From Macrostomum lignano (lineage: Eukaryota), in assembly GCA_002269645.1 (NCBI GenBank), contig NIVC01000384.1:1-64000 (forward strand): a stretch of DNA of 64,000 nt, given 5' to 3'. The position numbers were made by a program, and so were the translations under genes. This document shows, in pieces, positions 47,462-59,884 of this stretch. The notes under the pieces are model-generated. The model was not told the DNA's origin. It saw nothing but the letters and a program-made list of their open reading frames with translations, and made no database searches. The first letter of the stretch is position 1. Each line of letters begins with the position of its first letter.

Positions 47462-49499
47462 TCAGCCAGTGCATTTTAAAATTAGATTTGTAAAAAACTG
47501 CTTTGGCGCTACGAGCGTATTACTGCTCCAGAATTGCAGACGATGCTGCTAAATAGCTAAACTGCTGAAGTTACTGCTAAATGCTGAGCTGCGCAAAAGA
47601 CTGCCGATATGTATTGTAAATTGATTAGTGAGCGGTACTAAATACTGAGCAAATTTTTAGATTATTGAAAGAATCATTGCTGAGAAGACTGAGGAGCCGG
47701 CCGAGAGGAGAACTGCAGACTGCTGAGGGGAACTACAGATTGTCAAAGGGATCATTCATGCAGACTGCAAAGGGAAAAATTGAAAAAAAAACTGCTGAGG
47801 TATTCCTCCAGACTTATGAGTGTATGGCAGAGCAAGTTATTGAGGGGATCCGAGTAACTGCGGACTGCTGAGTGAAATATTGTAGTTTGCCGATGTCAAT
47901 GAAAGTTTAGACAGCAAAGTTGGTACTCGTACCTGCAGGCTGCTAAGAGTATGACTGCAGTCTGTTTGCGGGATTAGAAGTTGTTTGCGGGATTAGAAGT
48001 GATAGCTAATTTCAGGTTGTTGTGGGGATAACTACCGATTTCTGGGGGGGGGGTTAACTTCAAAGTGCGAAGTTACTAAACTTCTAGAATAGTATAAGGC
48101 TTTTAGTAGAAGGTCAGCAGTTCGAGTCTACATTGAAGCAGCGAATTTATCTTTGTGACAATAATTATTGTTTCCTATGGGAATTCATGCAAATTTTCAA
48201 CATTTTATTTTGTAGATACTTTTGTTGGGGCTACGCTAAGCTTCAAGAGCAGCGCTTATCTGCTGTAAGTGCTAATTTGCAAAGGGTGTTGCTAATCTGG
48301 GTGAGCAGCGCTAATCGGGGAGAGCAGTGCTAATCTGACGCATTCAATAAAATAATAAATGTGTAAGACGATTACAAATCAAATTTAGCCTGCAAGTTGC
48401 AAAAATATTTCAAATGGTTTCGATTATTCAGAAGCAATACATGTATGGCCTTAAGCAAAGATTAGTGGCCATTTGCTCACTGATTGTGCAAAACAGTGCT
48501 GGTAAACAATTACTAAACTTCTGGTGAACCATTGCTAAACTGCTGGTGAACCATTGCTAAACTGCAGAAAGCTATAGTGAAATATTGTTTTTTTATTAAA
48601 AACTTCTTTTAAAGAGAAGAAAACGCAAAGGCAAGAAAAAACGAACAAGAATCATCATGTCAATTATAAAAGAAGCGCACTGTCGAAAGTAAAAGTCTCA
48701 TTGGGAATTGCTAAGACTGCTAAGACTATTGCTACGAGCATAATGCTGGTATGGCAAATTGCTGTGATATATCAATACTCATGGGAGGATTTATAAGATC
48801 TCAAGGCACAAGGGGAATTGCTATAATTGTCATTCTGGGGAGAATTGCTTTGATTTCAAGGTTCATTTGTGAAATTGCAGAAATAAATTGTTGAAATGCA
48901 AGTGCCAAGATATCAAAAGGTTAGTCACTCAATTTTCAGGCTCATGGGGAAATTACTAACATTTCCAAAGCTCATTGGGGAATTGCTGAAATTCTGCTGC
49001 AGGTTAAGGGTTAGGCTTAGGGTTCAATTATAGAGCGATAATCGTGTCAATCATTAATGATCCATCGAGGAATTGCTAAGATTAAATGCTCTTGGGGCGA
49101 ATTACTTAAATGCTTTGGCTCTACGGGGAATTACTGACAGGTCAAGGCTTCCGGTGAAATTTAGATTTAAAAGCTTATGAGGAAGTTACTTTAATGCTGA
49201 GGCTCAAGGCTCATTGTCAAAATTGCTAACATGCCAAGATTTTCTTATGGGTTAGGGTTAGATGCTTAGGGTCAGTTTTGGTTCAATCATAGATTAACCG
49301 CTGTCAACCATCAATTAAAGACTTGCTAAGATATCTAAGCTCATCGGGGAATAGCTGAGTTGTCAAGGCTTATAAGGGGATTGCTGAGTTATCAAGGCTT
49401 ATAAGGTGATTGCTGAATTCTTGGGAGAGGGGAGTTGGGTTGTTGGGATGTCACAGCTAATTACTGCGCTGGGAGAATTGCATAGAAGTCTAGGCTGGA

Positions 49500-50040
49500 G
49501 TTTAATTGCTGCGATGTCGAGGCTTAATGGGGTTATTCCTGAGATGTCAAGGCTTACTGGGGAATTGCTGAGATTTTAAGGCTTACTGGGGAAATGCTGC
49601 GATCTCAAGACTTACTGGGAAAAGTTTTGAGATCTCAGAGCTTACTGGGGGAATTGCTGATATGTCGAGGCTAACTGGGGGAATTACTGAGATGTCAAGG
49701 CTTACTGGGGGAATTGCTGAGATGTCAAGGCTTACTGGGGGAATTGCTGAGATGTCAAGGCTTACTGGGGGAATTGCTGAGATGTCAAGGCTTACTTGGA
49801 TCTCAAGGCTTACTGGGGAAATGCTGAGATCTCAAGACTTACAGGGAGAATTTTTGAAATCTCAGAGCTTACGGGGGGAATTGGTGAGATCTCAAGGCTT
49901 ACTGGGGGAATTGCTGATATGTCAAGGCTAACGGGGGGAATTGCTGAGATCTAAAGGCTTACTGGGATCTCAAGACTTACTGGGGGAATTGCTGAGATCT
50001 CAAGGCTTACTGGGGGAATTGCTGAGATGTCAAGGCTCAT
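49500..50040. repeat. 30-bp minisatellite (GGGGAATTGCTGAGATGTCAAGGCTTACTG); degenerate relatives across 48700-49450 and 52560-53530
   Basis: Unit read directly. Confidence 0.9.
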
Positions 50041-50586
50041 GGACGATGGCTGAATTGTTGGGGGGGTGTTAGGTTGTTAGGCGATTGTCAGATAGTCAGG
50101 TAGTACGGCTCAAGTAGCTCATGTAATTCAGATAATGAAAAAGTACACACAAGTGATGCTGATTTCTGCTAATAGGAAATACCAGCGCATTCATTAAAGG
50201 TTTGATCCTTTGATTTAGGCTAATATAGAGAGAGGGTCTAAGGGCGTCAGGGATTTGCATATTGAGCTCCTGCTGCGGATCAGAATATGCCCCGGCCATT
50301 GACAATATCTATCAAGAGTTTGTTCTTGAAAGGATAAGCACTATTTGCTGATTTAGAAAGGGTTTTGGGCTGATGAAGGAAACTTTTTTGGCTAATGAAA
50401 GTTTGGATTATTAGCAATTTATTTCTGCCAAAATGAGAAAAGGTAATTTTTGATTAATGAAAATCAATATTTTGGACGATTATAGTAAAGTTACTCTTGT
50501 GCAAAAATAAAAACCAATTGATGTCATTTTCAGGGCTCCCCAGCGGGGGGCTAAATGGCTAGTCCAATATACTAAAAATGGTCTGT

Positions 50587-50620
50587 CTGTGTCTATCTAT
50601 CTATCTATCTATCTATCTAT
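50587..50620. repeat. (TCTA)n microsatellite
   Basis: Read directly. Confidence 0.9.
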
Positions 50621-51204
50621 GTGATCGATTAGAGAAAAAATGGCTGGACCGATTTTGTTCGAACTTGCACTGTTCGATCATAAATTTTCCTGTGACTGTA
50701 TATGCATTGTGGCTAAGAAATTGCTCAATGCTAAAGGCATTAAATATTTGAAAAACATGCTTTTTTGCAAAGGTCAAGCAGCTCTTTTGACTTGAAATGC
50801 ATTGTAAGAATGCTAGAGAAAAAACTGACTGGTTGAATTCTGATTCTGAAATAGATTGCATCATAACTAAATTGTAACTCCGACTTGAATTGAAAATGCA
50901 GTGTCGAAGCGTAGCACCAGACTTGATTTAGATTGCGTAACCATATTGTTAACTGATACTGACTGACTGAGAAACTGATTATGTCATAACTGCTTCGTGT
51001 GATTTACTCTATGCTTGGATTTTAAACTGTTGAATTATATAAGTGCAAAATTTAATGTTATCAAAACGATGAGAGCTAGCCTAGAGGTGAACAAACTGAA
51101 CTGCTAAATGCAGCGACGATGGTTTGAATTTTCATAGAGTATAATTTTTTTTAATTAAAGCTTTTCAATGTCAGGAAAACTAAAAGACTTTTTAAAAAGA
51201 AGTG

Positions 51205-52500
51205 TCATGTAAAAAACGTAGAAGCGTCATGTAAACAATCATCGAAGCGTCATGTAAATGATCATAAAAGCATCATATAAATAATCATAGAAGCGTCATG
51301 TAAACAATCATAAAAGCGTCATGTAAACAATCATAGAAGCATCATGTAAAATCATAGAAGCGTCATGTAAACAATCACTGAAGCGTCATGTAAAATCATA
51401 GAAGCGTCATTTAAAAAAATCATAGAAGCGTCATGTAAAAAATCGTAAAAGCGTCATGTAAAAAATCATAGAAGCGTCATGTAAACAATCATAGAAGCGT
51501 CATGTAAACAATCATCGAAGCGTCATGTAAACGATCATAGAAGCGTCATATAAACAATCATAGAAGCGTCATGTAAACAATCATAGAAGCGTCATGTAAA
51601 AATCATAGAAGTGTCATGTAAACAATCATAGAAGTGTCATGTAAAAAATCGTAAAAGCGTCATATAAAAATCATAGAAGCGTCATTCAAACAATCATAGA
51701 AGCATCATGTAAAAAGATCATAGAAGCGTCATGTAAAAAATCATAGAAGCGTCATGTAAACAATCATAGAAGCGTCATGTAAACAATCATCGAAGCGTCA
51801 TGTAAACGATCATAGAAGCGTCATATAAACAATCATAGAAGCCTCATGTAAACAATCATAAAAGCGTCATGTAAAAAATCATAGAAGCGTCATGTAAAAT
51901 CATAAAAGCGTCATTTAAAAAAATCATAGAAGCGTAATTTAAAAAAATCATAGAAGTGTCATGTAAAAAATCACTGAAGCGTCATGTAAACAATCATAGA
52001 AGTGTTATGTAAAAAATCGTAGAAGCGTCATTTAAAAATCATAGAAGTGTCATTTAAACAATCATAGAAGCGTCATGTAAACAATCATAGAAGCGTCATG
52101 TAAAAACCATAGAAGCGTCATGTAAACAATCATAGAAGCGTCGTGTAAACAATCATAGAAGCGTCATGTAAAAATCATAGAAGCGTCATGTAAAAATCAA
52201 AGAAGCGTCATGTAAAAATCATAGAAGAGTCATGTAAAAATCATAGAAGCGTCATGTAAAAAATCATAGAAGCGTCATATAAACATCATAGAAGCGTCAT
52301 GTAAAAAATTGTAGAAGCGTCATTCAAACAATCATAGAAGCATCATGTAAACAATCATAGAAGCGTCATATAAAAATCATAGAAGCGTCATGTAAAAATC
52401 TTAGAAGCGTCAAGAAAAAATCATAGAAGCCTCATTTAAAAACTAATGAAAGTGTCATTTAAAAAATTAAGAAGCATCATGGTAGAATAAAAGAAACGTC
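51205..52500. repeat. ~23-bp minisatellite (AATCATAGAAGCGTCATGTAAA(C/A)), ~55 copies
   Basis: Unit read directly. Confidence 0.95.
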
Positions 52501-53339
52501 ATGTCAGACATGAAGGGTGTCATGTAAAAATTAAATGCAGCTATAATGCTGTGCTGGGGAGAAAAACTGAGACGTAAAGGCTCTCAGAGAATAACAGATT
52601 ATGGGGGGGGGGTTTCTGAGATGTCAAAGCAAAAGTCAGAAGCTACTTCAAAGTTCAGGTACTTTACTTAATTTTTTTATTGCATTCTTTTTTGGCTCGC
52701 CACGGGGGGGGGGCGCTGATAGAAGAAGAGTCATGGAAAAAATAAAAGTAGCACTACGAGCTATACATAAAAGAAAAGTCATGTCGAAGTTAAAAGATTC
52801 ATTTGGGAATTGCTACGATGTCAAAGCTTGGTGGAAATTGTTATAGTGCTTGATTCTTAAAGAAGGAATCACTAAAATGTCAAGGCTTAGGGGAGAAGAA
52901 TTGCTGAGATTTCAAGGCTTTAGGTTGGGTTAAAGTTAGGTTTAGGTCAGGTGTGGGTTGAGGGTTATATTTTATCGGGTTTCAAGGTTAACGGGGGATT
53001 TTTTAGATTTCAAGGTTTATGGAGGCCATCGATGACATGTCAAGGCTTACGGGGGGAATAGCTAAGATGTCAAGGCTCACGGGGGTATAAATGAGATTTC
53101 AAGGCTAAAGTCAGAAGCTACATGTAGTTTATTGAAAACTTTTTATTACATTATTTGATGCCTACTCAGGGGAGGAATCGCTGATAAAAAAGCGTAATGT
53201 AAAAAATAAAAGAAGCTTCATGTCGAAGTTAAGAGATTCATTTGGGAATCCCTACAATGTCGAGGCTTGCAGGGAATCGCTATAATGCTGTAGTAGTGCT
53301 ATTATGACTCTTAGAGAGAATTACTGAAATTTCAATGCT

Positions 53340-53373
53340 TTAGGGTTAGGTTAGGGTTAGGGTTAGGGTTAGG
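53340..53373 (+). repeat. Interstitial telomere-type (TTAGGG)n tract
   Basis: TTAGGG TTAGG TTAGGG TTAGGG TTAGGG TTAGG. Confidence 0.85.
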
Positions 53374-53841
53374 CATTTAGATATTTTTAGATTTCCAAGG
53401 CTTATTGGGGGCATGGCTGAGATGTCAAGGGGGGAAGTTGATATGTTAAAGCTTGTGGGGGGGGGAATTATTGACATGTCAAGGCTTACAAGGTTTGACA
53501 GGAGATTTTTTAAGATTTCAAGGATATGTATTAAAAAATAGCTTATAGCTTATTAAAAAAACGTGTATTGCATTTCTTTGGCTCCCCAACGGGGGCGTAG
53601 ATTGCTAGTCAATTTCTACCTATTTCAAAGTATCTTTGTGTTTATAGGTTGTTAAAATTCTTTATTTTTCTTTGCTTTTGATTTTCTATGCTAAGATAAA
53701 CTTATACAGGAAAAGTTGTTAATAATCTAATTTGCTAACTGTATCATAGATATTATCTCGATGGCAAACATACCCTAGAAATTTACAAAGCGCCATTAAT
53801 TACAAGACTGACTTTCATATTCCTTGCTCCACTGCCTCTAG

Positions 53842-53999
53842 TTAAAATTGGCAACATGCGGGTTCCTGGCAATCGCAGCCGCAACTCTAGCAACAGCGAG
53901 AAAGCTGCCCAGGAGCCGCAGGCGGCCGCTTCTGGCGACGATAAAAAGGAGCAAGAGGGCGAGTCCAACTCTGGTGAAGTGGCTGAACAGCCTAAACAA
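53842..53999 (+). CDS. DAP: DAP exon 2 (VKIGNMRVPGNRSR...EQPKQ)
   Basis: Acceptor CTAG; phase 1 matches exon 1, giving PPAVKIGNMR (family PPAVKAGGMR); donor CAA|GTAAGA. Confidence 0.9.
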
Positions 54000-54004
54000 G
54001 TAAG

Positions 54005-55240
54005 AAGCTTCACAATCCCCAAGCTTTACAATTCCCAAGCTTCACGATCCCCCAAGCTTCACAATCCCCCAAACTTAACAATCCCCAAGCTTCACAATCC
54101 CCAAGCTTTACTATCCCCCAAGCTTTACTATCCCCCAAGCTTTACTATCCCCAAGCTTCACAATCCCCAAGTTTCACAATCCCCAAGCTTTACAATCCCA
54201 GACTTCACAATCCCCAAGCTTCACAATCCCCAAGCTTCACAATCCCCCAAGCTTCACAATCCCCAAGCTTCACAATCCCCAAGCTTCACAATCCCCAAGC
54301 TTTACAATCCCAGACTTTACAATCCCCAAGCTTCACAATCCCCAAGCTTCACAATCCCCAAGCTTCACAATCCCCAAGCTTTACAATCCCAGACTTCACA
54401 ATCCCCAATCTTCACAATCCCCAAGCTTCACAATCACCAAGCTTCACAATCCCCAAGCTTCACAATCCCCAAGCTTCACAATCCCCAAGCTTTACAATCC
54501 CAGACTTCACAATCCCCAAGCTTCACAATCCCCCAAGCTTCACAATCCCCCAAGCTTCACAATCCCCAAGCTTCACAATCCCAGACTTCACAATCCCCCA
54601 AGCTTCACAATCCCCCAAGCTTCACAATCCCCCAAGCTTCACAATCCCCAAGCTTCACAATCCCCAAGCTTTACAATCCCAGACTTCACAATCCCCAAGC
54701 TTCACAATCCCCCAAACTTCACAATACCCAAGCTTCACAATCCCCCAAACTTCACAATCCCCAAGCTTCACAATCCCAGACTTCACAACACAATCCCCCA
54801 AGCTTCACAATCCCCCAAGCTTCACAATCCCCCAAACTTCACAATCCCCAAGCTTCACAATCCCCAAGCTTCACAATCCCAGACTTCACAACACAATCCC
54901 CCAAGCTTTACAATCCCCCAAGCTTCACAATCCCCCAAACTTCACAATCCCCAAGCTTCACAATCCCCCAAACTTCACAATCCCCAAGCTTCACAATCCC
55001 CAAGCTTCACAATCCCAGACTTCACAACACAATCCCCCAAGCTTCACAATCCCCCAAGCTTCACAATCCCCCAAACTTCACAATCCCCAAGCTTCACAAT
55101 CCCCAAGCTTCACAATCCCAGACTTCACAACACAATCCCCCAAGCTTTACAATCCCCCAAGCTTCACAATCCCCCAAACTTCACAATCCCCAAGCTTCAC
55201 AATCCCCAAGCTTCACAATCCCAGACTTTACAATCCCGAA
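54005..55240. repeat. ~16-bp minisatellite (CACAATCCCCAAGCTT) filling DAP intron 2
   Basis: Unit read directly. Confidence 0.96.
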
Positions 55241-55275
55241 GCGTCCCAATAAATGTTAGTAATTTTTTAACCTAG

Positions 55276-55419
55276 GGCCAGATCATCTCTGGAGCCGTGG
55301 TCTCTGAAAACAAGGCGTTCACGCCGGCCGCCGTGAAATCTTTTCACGAGAAGCCGCAGCCGACTCACGAGAAGTCGCACGCGCCGCCGGCGCAACACAT
55401 TCACCAGCCCAGGAAGTGA
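55276..55419 (+). CDS. DAP: DAP exon 3 (GQIISGAVVSENKAFTPAAVKSFHEKP...QHIHQPRK*)
   Basis: Acceptor CCTAG, phase 0; C-terminal ISG...F-x-P-x-A...H-x-KP...HIHQPRK signature; total 114 aa. Confidence 0.92.
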   Translation, partial: GQIISGAVVSENKAFTPAAVKSFHEKPQPTHEKSHAPPAQHIHQPRK

Positions 55420-56339
55420 ACAGTCTGTGCAAGACAAGTTGCTGGGTTTTGGTGCGGTGACTTGAACTACAATTACATTGCCGCTTGAAAAAATAATCCA
55501 ACTTTATGCAAAAAATCAATTCAAGATTTAGGAACATTGACTCTTATTTCAAGCTTCTACAAACTCACTGTAATAAATTGGCAGTTTTTGGTTTTCAAAT
55601 TTTCCTTTTTTTTGTTATTTATATATTCTGCATTAAACCAGTCAACAGGACAGAAGCTAGAGAAAGAGATAGAGAGAGAGATTAGCACCTAACTGTCTGA
55701 CTACTTATTTAATTCAAGTCATTGTTGACCATGTCAGCAGAAACAGTTAGACTTTTTTCCTGGCAAAATACAGACAGACTTCTGTCTTTATCTCTCTCTC
55801 TATCCCCCTCCCCTTACTTGATTACTTAGCGAGTTCGCTCGTAAGGGTAGTAGTAAAGGTAAGTTAATGCCTCGTACTTCTTTGTGCTTTGTCTATTTAT
55901 AAATATATTTTACCGAATCAACCCTTAACGTTCTTATAAAGCAGCCAGACCAATCGCATAAATGAAAAAAACAACTTTTTGTCCTAAAATGTTTCTATCG
56001 CCAAACGATTTTTCTTTAATTACGAGTATTTAAGTCTGTTGTACTTTACGGATATAATTTTTCTCCTATTTTTATTCATTCTTCAGCAAGATTACATAGC
56101 CACACTTTTGGTTGTAGTTGGTATTTTTAAAATATATAAATATAGTGAGTATCATTCATTTGGCATCGGCAAAAAAATTACGTTTAACAATTATATCAAC
56201 TTCTTGATCAATAAAAGTTTCGAAATCTGATTGCTTGTGCAGCAGCCAAGCTATTTGACCTGTCAGCATTCATCAAGCAGCTGAGTATGTCTTTTATTTC
56301 TGGGTGGCAAATGCAGTTAAATAAAGTTATGTTATTAGC

Positions 56340-56470
56340 CGTTTTCCTATCAATGTACACACTCCCTTACCCCTCTGACTATCAATGTACACACTTTCTA
56401 CCCCTATGGCTATCAGTGCAGTGTACACACTCCCTTACCCCTCTGACTATCAATGTACACACTTCCTACT
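56340..56470. repeat. 32-bp minisatellite, 4 copies
   Basis: CTATCAATGTACACACTCCCTTACCCCTCTGA. Confidence 0.85.
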
Positions 56471-56681
56471 CCTTAAAAATGTACATAATCCTGCTATCTA
56501 AGTTCTAGCACAGATAAAACTTCATCAAAAATTGAACTAGCGCAGGTTCTACAGATAAGCTTGTAAATTTGTTAGTCTTTATATTAACGGTGTTGTCTAT
56601 TCAAATTGTATTGCAGCTTGCCAGTGAAATTTCAACCGCCTGACTCAGTTTTTCAAATCTATCAGTTATTTAGTCAATAAA

Positions 56682-56787
56682 ATGCACCACAGACATATTA
56701 AGAAGGACTCGGGCAGCGAGTATCAGTTTAACAAGTCCGGCAAAGCTTCTGGTGACGGTGCCGACGACACCAATTCTTATCAATCGG
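56682..56787 (+). CDS. Hypothetical Gly/Ser/Ala-rich protein, first identified coding exon (MHHRHIKKDSGSEYQFNK...NSYQS)
   Basis: ATG in frame; donor G|GTAAGT, phase 1, matches the next exon. Further upstream exons are possible. Confidence 0.65.
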
Positions 56788-56919
56788 GTAAGTCTGTCTA
56801 TTTAATAACATTTAGTAGTCTTTGACTGACACTCTCCCAGGAGTTTCTCAGTAGTCCTTGGCTGACACAGTGACACTCCGAAAGGGTCTTACTAGTCTTT
56901 GGCCAAATCTCAATCAAAG

Positions 56920-57270
56920 AAATGTCTTAGTAGTCCTTGGCAAAATCTCAATCCGAGAAGTGTCTTAGTAGTCCTTGGCAAAATCTCAATCCGAGAAGTG
57001 TCTTAGTAGTCCTTGGCAAAATCTCAATCCGAGAAGTGTCTTAGTAGTCCTTGGCTAAATCTCACTCAGAGAAGTGTCTTAATAGTCCTTGGCAAAATCT
57101 CAATCCGAGAAGTGTCCTAGTAGTCCTTGGCAAAATCTCAATCCGAGAAGTGTCTTAGTAGTCCTTGGCAAAATCTCAATCAGAGAAATGTCTTAGTAGT
57201 CCTTGGCTAAATCTCACTCAGAGAAGTGTCTTAATAGTCCTTGGCTAAATCTCACTCAGAGAAGTAGTCC
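56920..57270. repeat. 38-bp minisatellite in the intron of the hypothetical gene
   Basis: CAAAATCTCAATCCGAGAAGTGTCTTAGTAGTCCTTGG; period 38. Confidence 0.93.
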
Positions 57271-57395
57271 CAGTAGTCCCTGAATTAAAAAAGTACTTAA
57301 AGTCCTTTGCGAAGTTCTCGTAGTAGTGCTTAAATTGCGTAACAGTGGTTTAGTAGTCCTAGGCTTTAACACCTTGTCCACTACTTCCATTCCAG

Positions 57396-57679
57396 AAGCC
57401 GCATCAGCAGAGGCCGCCGACTCCGCCAGCGCCGAGCCCGGCCTTGTTGGTCGCTTAGCCGGCGGCGTCGCCTCCGCTGCCACCAGCACGGCCACCTACG
57501 GCTGGGGCGCCATGAAATGGGGCGCCTCGATTGGCGCCTCGGCAACTGGCGCCGTGGCCAGCCGGCTGCCGGTGGTAAATCGGTTTGTTGGCAGCGGCGC
57601 CGAATCCACCGATAGCAGCACCAGCGGCAGCGGCAGCGGCAGCAGAGGCGGCGGGCAGCAGGACAAGAAAAAAGAGTGA
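57396..57679 (+). CDS. Hypothetical Gly/Ser/Ala-rich protein, last exon; possibly TMEM263-like (129 aa total)
   Basis: Acceptor TTCCAG, phase 1; GC-rich; EPGLVGRLAGGVASAATSTATYGWGAMKWGASIG...DKKKE*. Confidence 0.72.
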
Positions 57680-57839
57680 CGGCTGCTTTAACCGCTTGCT
57701 GTCCTGCTCAGCGCTTCGGTTTCTTCAATGCTTTGACCCCGTTTTTTGCTGCTGCGCATCTTCCAGCGGCTGGGCTTTGTCACACCTGTTTCTAGGATGT
57801 ACGTTAATCAGCTCCTTCGAACTAGTTGCTTAGTAGCTT

Positions 57840-59190
57840 GGCCAGTTGCTAAGACCAAGCCTCCCAGATCCTCAGTTGCTAAGGCCAAGTCTCCAGATCC
57901 TCAGTTGCTAAGGCCAAGCCTCCCAGATCCTCAGTTGCTAAGGCCAAGTCTCCAGATCCTCAGTTGCTAAGGCCAAGCCTCCCAGATCCTCGGTTGCTAA
58001 GGCCAAGCCTCCCAGATCCTCAGTTGCTAAGGCCAAGTCTCCCAGATCCTCAGTTGCTAAGGCCAAATCTCCCAGATCCTCAGTTGCTAAGGCCAAATCT
58101 CCCAGATCCTCGGTTGCTAAGGCCAAGTCTCCCAGATCCTCAGTTGCTAAGACCAAGCCTCCCAGATCCTCAGTTGCTAAGGCCAAATCTCCCAGATCCT
58201 CAGTTGCTAAGGCCAAGTCTCCCAGATCCTCAGTTGCTAAGGCCAAGTCTCCCAGATCCTCAGTTGCTAAGGCCAAGTCTCCAGATCCTCAGTTGCTAAG
58301 GCCAAGCCTCCCAGATCCTCAGTTGCTAAGGCCAAGTCTCCCAGATCCTCAGTTGCTAAGGCCAAGCCTCCCAGATCCTCAGTTGCTAAGGCCAAGTCTC
58401 CCAGATCCTCAGTTGCTAAGGCCAAGTCTCCCAGATCCTCAGTTCCTAAGGCCAAGTCTCCCAGATCCTCAGTTACTAAGGCCAAGTCTCCCAGATCCTC
58501 GGTTGCTAAGGCCAAGCCTCCCAGATCCTCGGTTGCTAAGGCCAAGCCTCCCAGATCCTCGGTTGCTAAGGCCAAGCCTCCCAGATCCTCAGTTGCTAAG
58601 GCCAAGTCTCCCAGATCCTCAGTTGCTAAGGCCAAATCTCCCAGATCCTCGGTTGCTAAGGCCAAATCTCCCAGATCCTCGGTTGCTAAGGCCAAGTCTC
58701 CCAGATCCTCAGTTGCTAAGACCAAGCCTCCCAGATCCTCAGTTGCTAAGGCCAAATCTCCCAGATCCTCAGTTGCTAAGGCCAAGTCTCCCAGATCCTC
58801 AGTTGCTAAGGCCAAGCCTCCCAGATCCTCAGTTGCTAAGGCCAAGTCTCCCAGATTCTCAGTTGCTAAGGCCAAGCCTCCCAGATCCTCGGTTGCTAAG
58901 GCCAAATCTCCCAGATCCTCGGTTGCTAAGGCCAAGTCTCCCAGATCCTCAGTTGCTAAGACCAAGCCTCCCAGATCCTCAGTTGCTAAGGCCAAATCTC
59001 CCAGATCCTCAGTTGCTAAGGCCAAGTCTCCCAGATCCTCAGTTGCTAAGGCCAAGCCTCCCAGATCCTCAGTTGCTAAGGCCAAGTCTCCCAGATTCTC
59101 AGTTGCTAAGGCCAAGCCTCCCAGATCCTCAGTTGCTAAGGCCAAATCTCCCAGATCCTCAGTTGCTAAGGCCAAGTCTCCCAGATCCCT
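57840..59190. repeat. 30-bp minisatellite (CAGTTGCTAAGGCCAAGTCTCCCAGATCCT), block 1, ~45 copies
   Basis: Unit read directly. Confidence 0.97.
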
Positions 59191-59884
59191 ATTTGCTAAA
59201 CCGCGGCACTGCCTAGCCGTTGCTAGTCAAAAATCGATGTCATAAGAAAAACAGCAAAAAAGCTAAATTTTAACAGCCTTTCATTTTGTGTTCAGATCTG
59301 CTTCTTTATCTTGCTAACTTGTTGTCTTGGTGGTTTTTTTGCTTGCGTGATAAAATTTTGCTTACATTAGCCTAGCGATCAGGTTTATTTGTGTGTGCGT
59401 GTTGTTTAATGATAATCGTATCGATTAGAAAAAAGTGGTTTTTGATTCATGGTAAATTAAATCGTTTACAGTCGCGACCTAAACTGACTAATTAATCATC
59501 TAAACAAACAGCCAAAGCTTTTCTTCTGATATTTTATTCATCTTTAAGCACTTAATAAAGATATAATTATTATTCACATTACTGAGAAAAGTGTGTATAT
59601 CATTCTCCATCTAACTTGTATATTGTTTGCTCTGCGTTATTTTGCTTTGATTATTCATTTTAAAAATCCCATTGTGACTACTTATCGGCTACTTGTCGAG
59701 TAGTTACATACGCTTTTTTGAGCCATTCAGAATTCGACTGGCTGAAATAAATTGTTTGTACATGTGAGGCTGCAATTCATTATTTGCTTAGATGTTTCGG
59801 GATCATAGTAATTCCATGCTATTTTACCTCTTCAACTTAGTGCTTTATAATATGAGCTAGTTGATAGTGACCTGTGCAGCCAGC

